Of a DNA stretch of 64,000 bases, positions 1 through 9,568 are shown in pieces. Source of the DNA: Planctomycetales bacterium 71-10 (lineage in GTDB: Bacteria > Planctomycetota > Planctomycetia > Isosphaerales > Isosphaeraceae); assembly GCA_001898385.1 (NCBI GenBank), contig MKTT01000061.1, forward strand, positions 22,856-86,855. The letters run 5' to 3'. Both the position numbers and the translations under genes were made by a program. The notes below the pieces were generated by a model that saw nothing but the letters and a program-made list of their open reading frames with translations, was not told the origin of the DNA and made no database searches. Positions within the stretch are counted from its first letter, which is position 1. Each line of letters begins with the position of its first letter.

Positions 1-534
1 CATCGCCAGCGGGCTGAGGGCCCACTCGCCCTGGGCGAAGGCCAGGGTCGTCACCCCCGCCGCCGCGTAGAAGACCGCCACCGCCGACATCGGCCGGGGG
101 AGGAGCCGCGAGGTCGCGAAGATCCCCAGGCTGTAGAACACCTGCCACAACCCCGGCAGGATCCACGCCAGCGACGGCGACGTCCGGACCACCACCAGCG
201 TCGTCAGCGCGCCCGCGGCCAGGCACGGGAAGAACTGCTCCATCGCCAGGGCGGTCTGCTCGCGGGTCAGCGACGAGCCGGCGTTGCGGGCCCGGATCAC
301 CATCTCCATCACGGCCGAGGCCCCGCTCACCACCGCCGCGCCGATCCAGAGCGCGAGGTAGGCCCGGTACCGCTGCGCCGGGTCCGGCAGCGCCAGCGCC
401 TGGACCGTCGCCGCCGTCAGCGCGACCGCGCCCGAGAAGGCCGCGGGCACCGCCCGATAGCCCCGGAACACCTCGGCCCGCGCCATCTGGGTGCGGATCT
501 CGGTGATCTGCACCAACGCTTCCTTGAGTTCCAT
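1..534 (-). CDS. Conserved hypothetical multi-pass membrane protein, partial (runs off the left edge)
   Basis: ATG at 534 on minus gives MELKEALVQITEIRTQMARAEVFRGY..., followed by several hydrophobic segments (LALWIGAAVV, LAWILPGLWQVFYSLGIF); no stop before position 1; missing from the ORF track because it is truncated. Confidence 0.75.
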   Translation of the reverse strand, partial: MELKEALVQITEIRTQMARAEVFRGYRAVPAAFSGAVALTAATVQALALPDPAQRYRAYLALWIGAAVVSGASAVMEMVIRARNAGSSLTREQTALAMEQFFPCLAAGALTTLVVVRTSPSLAWILPGLWQVFYSLGIFATSRLLPRPMSAVAVFYAAAGVTTLAFAQGEWALSPLAM

Positions 535-653
535 GCGGCCCCTTCCGAGGGTCGGCGACCTCGAACGTCCGGGCCTCCGCGGCCCTGATGCTTGGGATCA
601 TAAAGCCCCGAGGCCCTCCGCGCCAAGGGGCGCGAGGGCCTCGGGGGTAGGGA

Positions 654-1853
654 TCACTTGGGGCCGAGGTTCTCGAACAGGTAGAGCCCGCTCTTGCCGG
701 GGCAGACCAGGTCGAGGTCGCCGTCGCCGTCGATGTCGACGGCGGTGAGCTGGAGGCCGGTGCCGGCGGTGCCGGCGGGGAAGTCGCGGAGGGCCAGGCG
801 GTCCTGGGCCTTCTCGGGGGCGTCCTTGGCGGGCTCGCCCTGGAAGACGACGTGCTTCGTCCACGCCTTGGCGGCCGGGTCGAACTTGTACCAGGCGACG
901 AGCGAGCCGTCGGTCGCGCCGGGCTCGATCTCGTGGGCGTAGACGCGCTTGCCGGTGATCAGCTCGTCGGCCTTGCCGTCGCCGTCGACGTCGGCCCAGA
1001 GCTGGGTGTGGACGGAGGCGACGCCCTCGTCGATGGGGGCTTTGGTCCAGGTGGGCTTGCCGTCGGCGCCCTTGGACTGCCTGGCCCAGTAGAGGCCGAA
1101 GTCGTGGCCCATGCCCCAGACGAGGTCGGAGAGGCCGTCGCCGTCGACGTCGCGGGCGACGATCTGGATGCCGGTGGCGCCCAGGTTCCAGTCGGGGTGC
1201 CAGGTCCAGGTGTCGTGGGCGGGGTCGGCGGGGGCTTCGAACCAGCCCTTGGGGGTCAGGAGGTCGGTGCGGCCGTCGAGGTTGACGTCGCCGGTGCCGA
1301 CGCCGTGGCCGGCGGCCTCGGTCCCGAAGTCGTGCTTCTTGAACTCCACGCCCTTGCCGTCGGCCTTCTTCGCCACCTCGTACCAGACGACGACGTTGGT
1401 GGAGTTCGGCAGGACGTCGGGGACACCGTCGCCCGACAGGTCGACCGCGACGGCGGCCTCGCTGGTCCCCGGGGTGTCGACCAGGTGGAAGTTCCACTTC
1501 TCGCCGGCCTTGCCCGGGTTCTCGACCCAGGCGACCTCCCGGCCGAAGTACGAGGCCGTGACGAAGTCCAGGTCGCCGTCGCCGTCGGCGTCGAGCGGGA
1601 GGACGGCGAAGTCGTTGTAGTACGTCCCGTGGCGCTGGACCTCGCGGATCGGGTGCTTCTTCCAGTCGGGGGCCTGGAACCACGAGTCGCCCGAGACGAC
1701 GTCGAGCTTGCCGTCGCCGTCGACGTCGAACACGCCGGCCGCTTCGAACTCATGCTTGCCGTCGATCGCGTGCTGCTTCCACCTGGGCTCGCCGGCCGAG
1801 GCCGTCCACGAGGCCCCCGCGACGAGGGCGGCGGCGATGAGCGTCCGTTTCAT
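654..1853 (-). CDS. Secreted FG-GAP/VCBS repeat (beta-propeller) protein
   Basis: Sec signal MKRTLIAAALVAGASWTASA; about 7 DxDGDGxxD Ca-binding repeats. Confidence 0.9.
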   Translation of the reverse strand: MKRTLIAAALVAGASWTASAGEPRWKQHAIDGKHEFEAAGVFDVDGDGKLDVVSGDSWFQAPDWKKHPIREVQRHGTYYNDFAVLPLDADGDGDLDFVTASYFGREVAWVENPGKAGEKWNFHLVDTPGTSEAAVAVDLSGDGVPDVLPNSTNVVVWYEVAKKADGKGVEFKKHDFGTEAAGHGVGTGDVNLDGRTDLLTPKGWFEAPADPAHDTWTWHPDWNLGATGIQIVARDVDGDGLSDLVWGMGHDFGLYWARQSKGADGKPTWTKAPIDEGVASVHTQLWADVDGDGKADELITGKRVYAHEIEPGATDGSLVAWYKFDPAAKAWTKHVVFQGEPAKDAPEKAQDRLALRDFPAGTAGTGLQLTAVDIDGDGDLDLVCPGKSGLYLFENLGPK

Positions 1854-1911
1854 GGCATTCTCCCTGGGGGTCGTCGTGTCGGTCGTGGGGGGAAGGCGGG
1901 GGGCGTCGCGG

Positions 1912-3231
1912 TCAGACGGCGGGCAGGACCCACGGCTTGCGATATTCCTTGGTCAGGAACTGGTTCGCCTCGGCGTGGTTCGTGATCCGCTCGGCGGCGG
2001 GATCCCAGACCAGCTTCTCGCCCGTCCAGAGCGAGATGTTCCCCAGCTCGCCCACGGTCGTCAGCCGGTGGCCGTACTCGAAGTTGCACGAGCACGCCGC
2101 GCGGGTCCGGATGGCGTTCAGCCACTCGCGGTGGTGCCCGGGGGAGCGGGGGAGGGTCTGGGCGATCGCGGCCTCGTCCACGGCCTTCCCCTTCACGGGG
2201 AAGATCTCGTGGTGGTTGTAGTTCGTGACCAGGGTCGCCTCGGTCCCCTGGAACATGACGCCGGACGGCTTGCCGTCGAAGCCGTGGTCGCTGGCGTCGG
2301 TCTGGCTCCAGGCCAGGACGAAGCGGTCGTCCCCCTTCTCGTACTCGTAGGCGACCTCGAGCGTGTCGGGGGTCTCGGCGTTGTCGTCCGAGGCGTATCG
2401 GCCGCCGGTCGCGGCGATGGTCCGGGGGGCGTCGACCTCCATCGCCCAGTGGACGAGGTCGATCAGGTGGCAGCAGAAGTCGGTGAGGATGCCGCCGCCG
2501 TAGTCCCAGAACCAGCGCCAGTTGAACGTGAAGCGGTTGATGTTGAACGGCCGCTCGGGGGCGGGGCCGAGCCAGAAGTCGTAGTCGCAGCCGGCGGGGG
2601 GGGAGGCGTCGGCCGGGCGTCCGAACGACTCGCGGGAGGCGGCCATCCAGGCGCGGGTCTTGGTGATCTTCCCCAGCGCGCCGGAGCGGACGATCTCGAC
2701 GACGCGGTGGTAGTTCTCCCCGGCGTGGATCAGGTTCCCCATCTGGGTCACCCGCTTGTACTTCGCGGCGGCGTTCGCGACGGCGCGGCCCTCGGCGACG
2801 CGGTGGGCCAGGGGCTTCTCGCAGTAGACGTCCTTCTCGGCCTGGCAGGCCATGATGGTCGGGATGGCGTGCCAGTGGTCGGGCGTGGCGACGACCACGG
2901 CGTCGACGTCCTTCCGGTCGAGGACCTTCCGGAAGTCGCCGTAGACGTCGGGCTTGCCGCCGGCCGCCTCCTTGGCCTTCAGGGCGTGGGGCTCGAAGAC
3001 GTCGCAGACCGCCGCGACGCGGACGTCGGGGAAGCCTTTGAAGATGTTCAGGAGGCCCGACCCCATCCCGCCGACGCCGATGAAGCCCAGCGTGATCGCC
3101 TCGTTCGGCGAGCCCGAGGGCTTCTCCTGCGGGGCGGCGTCCTGGGCCGAGGCCCTCGGCCCCGCGGCCGTGGCGGCGGCGCCGAAGGCCGAGTAAGCGA
3201 GCAACTCCCGCCTGGTCCAACGTCCCGTCAT
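1912..3231 (-). CDS. Gfo/Idh/MocA family oxidoreductase with Tat-type leader
   Basis: TRRELL leader; Rossmann GFIGVGGMG; ATPDHWH and YCEKP motifs. Confidence 0.92.
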   Translation of the reverse strand: MTGRWTRRELLAYSAFGAAATAAGPRASAQDAAPQEKPSGSPNEAITLGFIGVGGMGSGLLNIFKGFPDVRVAAVCDVFEPHALKAKEAAGGKPDVYGDFRKVLDRKDVDAVVVATPDHWHAIPTIMACQAEKDVYCEKPLAHRVAEGRAVANAAAKYKRVTQMGNLIHAGENYHRVVEIVRSGALGKITKTRAWMAASRESFGRPADASPPAGCDYDFWLGPAPERPFNINRFTFNWRWFWDYGGGILTDFCCHLIDLVHWAMEVDAPRTIAATGGRYASDDNAETPDTLEVAYEYEKGDDRFVLAWSQTDASDHGFDGKPSGVMFQGTEATLVTNYNHHEIFPVKGKAVDEAAIAQTLPRSPGHHREWLNAIRTRAACSCNFEYGHRLTTVGELGNISLWTGEKLVWDPAAERITNHAEANQFLTKEYRKPWVLPAV

Positions 3232-3440
3232 CGCTCCTCCTCCCAGATCGGCCGGCCCCGCGGATGTCCCGAGGCCGGGCGCATGGCGCTAATGAGCTTC
3301 CTACCAGACCCCCGCCCGCTTCTCAAGGCTCCACCGGGCCGGGGCGGCGTCGCGCCGGCCTCGGGCGATGAAACGAGGAGGCCCCGGGCGCGACCGGCGT
3401 CGCGCCCGGGGCCTCCGGTTCAAGGCGGACGCGGGCCGGG

Positions 3441-4820
3441 TCAGCCGAACTCGCGGTCGCGGACGATGCCCGGCTGCGGGATCGGGTACTTGCCGTTGGG
3501 GAGCGTCTGGAGCGGGGCGGGCCCGTTCATCGTCAGCTTCTCGAGGTCGGGGGCGAACTCGTGGGGGCAGTTGAGCATGTCGTCGAAGGTGATGACCTCG
3601 CCGGTGTGGGCGGCCATGCGGCCCATCGACGTGACCAGGCTGGCCTTCACGCCGCGCTCGACCTCGTTGTACGGGTGGTCGGTGCGGATGGCCTCGACGA
3701 GGTGGTCCCACTCGAGCTGGTAGGGGTTGGGCTCGGGCTGGGGGACGGCCCAGATCAGGTCCTTCTTGGAGCCGAGCTTCTGGCCCTTGTAGATGCGGCA
3801 CTTGGCCGGCGAGTGGGCCGCGGTCGAGATCACGGCCGAGTTCTTCGAGCCGTGGGCGTAGCTGGCGAACTCGGACTTGCAGCCGTCCAGGTTGCGGCCT
3901 TCGAGGAAGAACTTGGACCCGTCCTCGAAGGTGTACTCGACGGAGTAGGTGTCGAAGTTCTGATCGATGCAGCCGTTGCGGTAGGTCCGGGCGCCGGAGG
4001 CCTCGGCCTTGACCGGCCAGGCGTCCTTCACCCAGCAGCACTCGTCGATGTTGTGGATGAGGAAGTCGCTGTAGCAGCCGCCGGAGGCCCACAGGAAGCC
4101 GTGGAACTTGCGGATCTGGTACAGCAGCTCGCTGATGTCGTCCGGCTTGGGGGGGACGAAGGCCACGCCGACCGGGCCGGTCTGACGGTAGGCCCGCATC
4201 GTGATGATGTCGCCGATCTCGCCCGAGCGGACGCGGTCGATCAGCTCGGCGCGGGCCTTGCAGTGGCGGCACATCAGGCCGACGCCGACCTTCAGGTTCT
4301 TCGCCTGGGCCTTCTCGTTCAGCTCCAGCATCCTCTTGGAGGTGGGGCCGTCGACGGTGACGGGCTTCTCCATGAAGACGTTGACGCCCTTCTCGATCGC
4401 GTAGGTGTAGTTCACCCAGCGGAAGGCCGGCGGGGTGGCGAAGATGGCCACGTCGCCGGGCTTCAGGCAGTCGATGGCCTTCTTGTAGGCGTCGAAGCCG
4501 ATGAACTTGCGCTCGGCCGGCACGTCGAGCTGCTTGGACTCGGTGAAGCTCTTCTCCAGTTGGGAGTAGCTGTCGTTGAGCTTGTCCTCGAAGACGTCGG
4601 CCATGGCGACGAGCTTGATCGGCCCGCTCTTGGTGGAGAGGGCGTTCTCGGCGGCTCCGGTCCCACGCCCGCCGCACCCGATCAGCGCGACGTTGATGGT
4701 GTTCTCCTCGCCGGCGTGGACGAGCGGGGCCGCGGTCTGCGCGATCGCCGCGGTGGCGGCGACGGCGCCGCCGGTCTTGAGGAAGTCTCGGCGCGAGGCG
4801 CCCGTCTTGGGATCGGTCAT
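3441..4820 (-). CDS. Gfo/Idh/MocA family oxidoreductase with Tat leader
   Basis: Real start is MTDPKTGASRRDFLK at 4820 (the 1282-aa ORF call is an upstream overrun); LIGCGGRG, ATPPAFR and FMEKP motifs. Confidence 0.9.
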   Translation of the reverse strand: MTDPKTGASRRDFLKTGGAVAATAAIAQTAAPLVHAGEENTINVALIGCGGRGTGAAENALSTKSGPIKLVAMADVFEDKLNDSYSQLEKSFTESKQLDVPAERKFIGFDAYKKAIDCLKPGDVAIFATPPAFRWVNYTYAIEKGVNVFMEKPVTVDGPTSKRMLELNEKAQAKNLKVGVGLMCRHCKARAELIDRVRSGEIGDIITMRAYRQTGPVGVAFVPPKPDDISELLYQIRKFHGFLWASGGCYSDFLIHNIDECCWVKDAWPVKAEASGARTYRNGCIDQNFDTYSVEYTFEDGSKFFLEGRNLDGCKSEFASYAHGSKNSAVISTAAHSPAKCRIYKGQKLGSKKDLIWAVPQPEPNPYQLEWDHLVEAIRTDHPYNEVERGVKASLVTSMGRMAAHTGEVITFDDMLNCPHEFAPDLEKLTMNGPAPLQTLPNGKYPIPQPGIVRDREFG

Positions 4821-5123
4821 GTCGTCGCTCCTGGGGTCTTCGTTCCGAAGCAGCGGCAGGGAGGGGACGCGTGGTCGAAAGCAAGGCACGAACCGGATCG
4901 GAGCCCGGAAGCGTGGCCGGTCCCCGTCATGGGGGTCGCGGAGATCCGGACCCTTCGACACGCCTGGATCATAACCCCGGCCTCGTGAAGTCTCCAAAAG
5001 AAATCCAATTTTCGGCGCCGCCGCCCCGGTCCGATCCGCCGATCCCCCGGGACGCCCGCGGCGGGATCTGCTATGCTCGCGCCGAGCGGGGCCGCCCCGC
5101 CCCCAGGCCCCGGAGGCAGCCCC

Positions 5124-6626
5124 ATGGCGACCGCCCTCGACTCCCCCCTCGTGACGCGAAACCCGGCCACCGGCGTCGAGGTCGGCCGCGCCTCGCCCGC
5201 GGCCCCCGAGTCGGTCGCGGCCGTCGTCGCCGAGGCGCGGCGGGCCCAGGCGGCCTGGGCCGGACTCCCCTGGCACGAGCGCCGGAGGCCCCTCGACCGC
5301 TGGCTGCGGATCCTCGCCCGCGACGCCGACGCCTGGGCCGACCTGATCCGGGACGAGGTGGGCAAGCCCGCGGCCGAGGCCATGGCCGGCGACGTGATCC
5401 CCAGCCTGGACTCCCTCCGTTGGACCTACGGTCGGGCCTGGGCGAGCCTGATCGACGAGCGGATCGGCCCCGGGTGGCAGCGGATGCTGCTGATGCCGGC
5501 CGGCCGCCTGCGCTGGCGGCCCCTGGGCGTCGTCGGGATGATCGGGACCTGGAATTACCCGCTCTTCCTCAACGCCGGGCCGATCGCCCAGGCCCTCGCG
5601 GCCGGCTGCGGCGTCGTCTGGAAGCCGTCCGAGCTGGCCGTCGCCTGCGGCGAGCGGCTGCAAGCGAGCCTGGAGGAGGCCGGCTTCCCCGCGGGGCTCG
5701 TGGGGATGGTGCAGGGGGGGGGGGACGTCGGCGCGGCCCTCCTGGAAACCCCCATAGATAAGGTCGTGTTCACCGGCGGCGTGGCGACGGGGCGGCAGGT
5801 CCTCCGGGCCGCCGCGGCCCGGGGGATCCCCGCGGTGGCGGAGTTGTCGGGGTTCGATCCCGCGATCGTCCTGCCCGACGCCCCGCTGGAGCCGACCGTC
5901 CGGGCGTTGCTCTGGGGGGCGTTCGTCGGCTGCGGCCAGACGTGCGTCGCGGTGAAGCGCGTGCTGGTCGTCGGCGACCCGAAGCCCTGGGCCGCGGCCC
6001 TCGCCGACGCCGCCCGGCGGTTGGTGGTGGGGGACCCGTCCCGGCCGGGGGTGGACGTCGGGCCGATGATCGACGCCCACGCCCGCGATCGGTTCCATTC
6101 CCTGATCCGGTCGGCCGTCGAGGCCGGGGCCGAGGCGCTCGCCGGGGGCGGGCCGATCGAGGGCCCCGGATCCTTCTATGAGCCGACGGTCCTCCTGGGC
6201 CGGACCGCGGAGTCCGAACGGGCCCTGGAGGGGGCGTTCGGGCCCGTCGTCCTGGTGCGGGGCTTCGCGAGCGTCGACGAGGCGGTGGCCGCGGCGAACT
6301 CGGCGGAGATGGCCCTGGCCGCGAGCGTCTGGGGGGCCGACCGCTCGGCCGCGCGGGCGGTGGCTCGCCGGGTGACGGCCGGGACGGTCGGCGTGAACGA
6401 GGCCGTGACCCCCGCCGCCTCGGCCGCCGCGCCGTTCGGCGGCTTCAAGGCCAGCGGCCACGGCCGGACCCACGGCGCGATCGGCCTCCGCGAGTTCGTC
6501 GCGCCCCAGGTCCTCTTCGAGCGCCGGGCGGGGGGCTTCCGTCCCCAACTCTTCCCCTACGGCGACGGCCGTCTCGTCGCCCGATTCCTGCGGTTTTACC
6601 GATCCCTCTTCCATCCCCGCGCGTAA
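5124..6626 (+). CDS. Aldehyde dehydrogenase family protein
   Basis: GTWNYP, FTGG, catalytic Glu in AELSG, catalytic Cys in GQTC, AFGPV, PFGGFKASG; ATG at 5124 after GGAGG. Confidence 0.9.
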   Translation: MATALDSPLVTRNPATGVEVGRASPAAPESVAAVVAEARRAQAAWAGLPWHERRRPLDRWLRILARDADAWADLIRDEVGKPAAEAMAGDVIPSLDSLRWTYGRAWASLIDERIGPGWQRMLLMPAGRLRWRPLGVVGMIGTWNYPLFLNAGPIAQALAAGCGVVWKPSELAVACGERLQASLEEAGFPAGLVGMVQGGGDVGAALLETPIDKVVFTGGVATGRQVLRAAAARGIPAVAELSGFDPAIVLPDAPLEPTVRALLWGAFVGCGQTCVAVKRVLVVGDPKPWAAALADAARRLVVGDPSRPGVDVGPMIDAHARDRFHSLIRSAVEAGAEALAGGGPIEGPGSFYEPTVLLGRTAESERALEGAFGPVVLVRGFASVDEAVAAANSAEMALAASVWGADRSAARAVARRVTAGTVGVNEAVTPAASAAAPFGGFKASGHGRTHGAIGLREFVAPQVLFERRAGGFRPQLFPYGDGRLVARFLRFYRSLFHPRA

Positions 6627-6650
6627 AATGCGGTCGGGAGGACAACCAGC

Positions 6651-7295
6651 ATGAAACAGAACAAGATGATTTTCGCGTCGGCCCTCGGCCTGATCGCCGC
6701 GGCGGCCCTCTCGGTGGCCGCCGTGGCCTCGCTCCGGGCCTTCGGCGACGCCCCGGCCCCCGCGCCCCCGCCCGAGGCGCCCCGGGCGAGCACGCCCGTC
6801 CCGACGCCGACCACCCCCAGGGAGACCGCCACGAACATGCCCACCCAGGACGAGACCCCCGCGGCCGACCTCCCGAAGACCGAGGAGGAATGGCGGAAGA
6901 AGCTCACCCCCGAGCAGTACCACGTCGTCCGCGAGAAGGGGACCGAGCGCGCCTTCACCGGCAAGTACTGGGACCACCGCGAGGACGGCGTCTACCGCTG
7001 CGTCGGCTGCGGCGAGCCCCTGTTCGACTCCACCTCCAAGTTCGACTCCGAGTGCGGCTGGCCCAGCTTCGACAGGCCCATCGGCGACGGCAAGGAGGTC
7101 AAGGAGGAGGTCGACAACAGCCTCTACATGACCCGCACCGAGGTCCTCTGCAAGAAGTGCAACGCCCACCTGGGCCACGTCTTCGACGACGGCCCGACCG
7201 CCACCGGCCTGCGCTACTGCATCAACTCCGCCTCCATCGACTTCCAGAAGCGCAAGCCCACCGAACCCAAGCCCGAAGCCCCGAAGCAACCCTGA
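6651..7295 (+). CDS. msrB: Peptide-methionine (R)-S-oxide reductase MsrB with N-terminal signal peptide
   Basis: GTERAF, two CxxC Zn motifs (CVGC, CKKC), [16 protein letters not shown], catalytic RYCINS. Confidence 0.95.
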   Translation: MKQNKMIFASALGLIAAAALSVAAVASLRAFGDAPAPAPPPEAPRASTPVPTPTTPRETATNMPTQDETPAADLPKTEEEWRKKLTPEQYHVVREKGTERAFTGKYWDHREDGVYRCVGCGEPLFDSTSKFDSECGWPSFDRPIGDGKEVKEEVDNSLYMTRTEVLCKKCNAHLGHVFDDGPTATGLRYCINSASIDFQKRKPTEPKPEAPKQP

Positions 7296-7372
7296 GATTC
7301 CTCCCCATCGGAGAACGGTTTTCGCGAATTTCCCCCGCTTCGACTTGTTCGGACGTTTCGCAGGATGTACCT

Positions 7373-7384
7373 TTTCTGTAGAAA
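7373..7384. promoter_or_regulatory. AT-rich palindrome TTTCT-GT-AGAAA, candidate auto-operator
   Basis: 5-bp inverted arms in an unusually AT-rich patch ~30 bp upstream of the GbsR-like regulator; function is inference only. Confidence 0.3.
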
Positions 7385-7413
7385 CTGTCTAACCTGTCAG
7401 AGCGGTGACCATC

Positions 7414-8043
7414 GTGGAAATGACCCCTGCCGCACAGAAGTTCGTGCTCCACTGGGGCGAGATGGGCCAGGCCTGGGGCATCAACCGGACGATGGCCCAG
7501 GTCCACGCCCTGCTGTTCATCGCCCCGACCGCGCTCGATGCGGAGGAGATCAGCTCGCTGCTGGACGTGAGCCGATCGAACGTCTCGACGAGCCTCCGCG
7601 AGCTGATCACCTGGGGGGTGGTGCGCCGGGTCCACATCATCGGCGACCGTCGCGACCGCTTCGAGGCGTTGAAGGACGTGATGGACACGTTCCGCGTCAT
7701 CATGGCCGAGAGGCGTCGGCGCGAGATGGACCCGACCATCTCGCTGCTGGAACACTGCATCGAGGAGGCGAAGTCGGGCGGGGAAGGGGAGGCGTACACC
7801 CGCGAGCAGCTTGAGAAGATGCTCAACTTCACCCGGATGGTGACCGACTGGTACGGCCAGATCGAGAACCTGCCGACGCCCGCCATGCTCCGCCTCTTCC
7901 GCGGGGGCACGCTGATCGCCAAGCTCTTCTCCAGGACCGGCAAGGCGGGCAAGCCCGGCTTCGGCCCCGAAGACTCGGAGGAAGCCTTCGACGAGGAGGA
8001 GCCGGCCCCGCCGGCCCCGAAGGACGCCCCCCCCAAGAAGTGA
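7414..8043 (+). CDS. GbsR/MarR-family transcriptional regulator
   Basis: FVLHWGEMGQAWGINRTMAQVHALL...SRSNVSTSLREL winged HTH; start could be 7405, 7414 or 7420. Confidence 0.85.
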   Translation: MEMTPAAQKFVLHWGEMGQAWGINRTMAQVHALLFIAPTALDAEEISSLLDVSRSNVSTSLRELITWGVVRRVHIIGDRRDRFEALKDVMDTFRVIMAERRRREMDPTISLLEHCIEEAKSGGEGEAYTREQLEKMLNFTRMVTDWYGQIENLPTPAMLRLFRGGTLIAKLFSRTGKAGKPGFGPEDSEEAFDEEEPAPPAPKDAPPKK

Positions 8044-8509
8044 CGTCGCGAGATGGGTCCGCTTGCGGTTCGTTCGTCGGCCGAAGTTGGCCGCGGGACG
8101 TTTTGCAAGTTGTTTGCAGGGATCGTTTTAGATGCCGGTTTCGGGCCTGCGGATTTGGCTTCGATCGTCGTTTTCGAAGTCGTTTTCGTTCGACCTTTGC
8201 CGACGTCCCTTCTCCCGGCGAGCCGAGATGAGGGCCCATCCGTGTCGATCCGGATCCGGGCGGGAAGAGCGGGCGTGGAGTTTGGAACGGGCGAAGGGAA
8301 GTAGGGAACGGTGGTCCGGGCGGCCGGCCCGGACGTCCCCATCCCGAATGCTTTTCGACGTCCGGGCGGGCCGCCCGGACCACCGTTCCGCCATCCCAAA
8401 CCTCAGCCCGCTGATCGCGCCCCCAACATGCCCACCGCGCTCCAACGACCCTCATCCGGCCCTCCGGGCCAATATTGTTCGGCACGAGATTTGAGCGGGT
8501 TTGAGATGT

Positions 8510-8670
8510 CCCCTCTCCCGCCGGGAGAGGGCGGCCGCGCAGCGGCGGGTAAGGGTCGCCGGAGCGCGGAGGGCATGTCGGCGCGCGAAGACGTGGGACC
8601 TGGGCTCTCTCAGCCGACCCGACGCCCCTCACCCGGCCCTTCGGGCCACCCTCTCCCGGCGGGAGAGGGG
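8510..8670. repeat. REPIN-like inverted doublet of REP-type palindromes (variant family)
   Basis: Arm 1 CCCTCTCCCGCCGGGAGAGGG...GGGTAAGGG (8511-8555) is an imperfect inverse of arm 2 CCCCTCACCCGGCCCTTCGGGCCACCCTCTCCCGGCGGGAGAGGG (~8626-8670). Confidence 0.8.
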
Positions 8671-8956
8671 ACTTCGGACGCGGCTGAAACGCTTTCATAT
8701 GCAAGTCGTGCCGACCGAGGGCGTTCGCCGGGCGGGCCGTCGGTCTATCGCGCTTGAGCTTCGGGCCGCGGTGCTGCTGGACGTATTGTCAAAGATCCAT
8801 GGGTAGGCTCGCCGGTTCGGGCCCCGGGATTTCAGGAATCTCCACCGGCCCCCGATTTTCTTGGCGGCTCCGGGGTCGCGGCTCGGGCCGGGAGAAAGGT
8901 GATAGACTGGCCTCGGACCGCGTCCCCATCCTCCATCGCCCCCGAGGCCCCCCGCC

Positions 8957-9568
8957 GTGAGCGCGACTTCGAACGAACGTGTCTTGGTGGTCCCCGCCGC
9001 GGAGCTGGACCGGCTGGGGCGGTTCCAGGGGTTCCACGCGGACGCCGATCGCTATCTTTCGGTGTTGCTCCGGCCCGAGAACACGTCGTTCCGGCCCCGA
9101 TCCGAGGTCGAGACCGACCCGAGCCTGAAGCAGCTCATCGCTTACGTGGTGATCCGGTCGCGAGGCTCGGTCTTCTGCTACACCCGAGGGGGGTCGCAGG
9201 GCGAGGCCCGGCTGCATCGGCTGCGGTCGCTGGGGGTGGGGGGGCACGTCGACGAGGCCGACGCCGAGGGGCGTTGCGGCTTCGAGGCTTACGACGTGGC
9301 CATGCGGCGCGAGCTGGCCGAGGAGGTGGACGTCCGGAGCCCCGGCGTCCTGAAGCTGGCCGGGCTCATCAACGACGACGCGACGCCCGTGGGGGAGGTC
9401 CATCTGGGCGTCGTCCACATCTACGATCTCGACGAGCCGATCGTCTCGCCGCGGGAATCCGGCCTGGCCGACGCCGGATTCGTGCCGGTCGCCGAGCTGA
9501 TCGCGGGCCGCGAGCGGTTCGAGACCTGGTCGCGGTTCTGCATCGACGAGCTACTGGCCGGCCGGTGA
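8957..9568 (+). CDS. Predicted NUDIX-family phosphoesterase
   Basis: GVGGHVDEAD...AMRRELAEEV Nudix-like box; KQLIAY and VHLGVV motifs; GTG start. Confidence 0.85.
   Translation: MSATSNERVLVVPAAELDRLGRFQGFHADADRYLSVLLRPENTSFRPRSEVETDPSLKQLIAYVVIRSRGSVFCYTRGGSQGEARLHRLRSLGVGGHVDEADAEGRCGFEAYDVAMRRELAEEVDVRSPGVLKLAGLINDDATPVGEVHLGVVHIYDLDEPIVSPRESGLADAGFVPVAELIAGRERFETWSRFCIDELLAGR

Noticed and set aside
5124-6626. C30 carotenoid aldehyde dehydrogenase (AldH)
   Set aside because: Plausible for a planctomycete, but there are no crt genes nearby and no diagnostic residues I can verify.
4821-7289. Apparent 1282-aa fusion ORF (3441-7289)
   Set aside because: Only 3441-4820 is a real Gfo/Idh/MocA gene; the rest is antisense to the aldehyde dehydrogenase and msrB genes.
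7829-8806. Several ORFs in the 8.0-8.9 kb gap with PLPxGEG-type translations (also 14699-15025 and 47587-47817)
   Set aside because: These are translations of REP palindromes and non-coding motifs, with no consistent codon bias or RBS.
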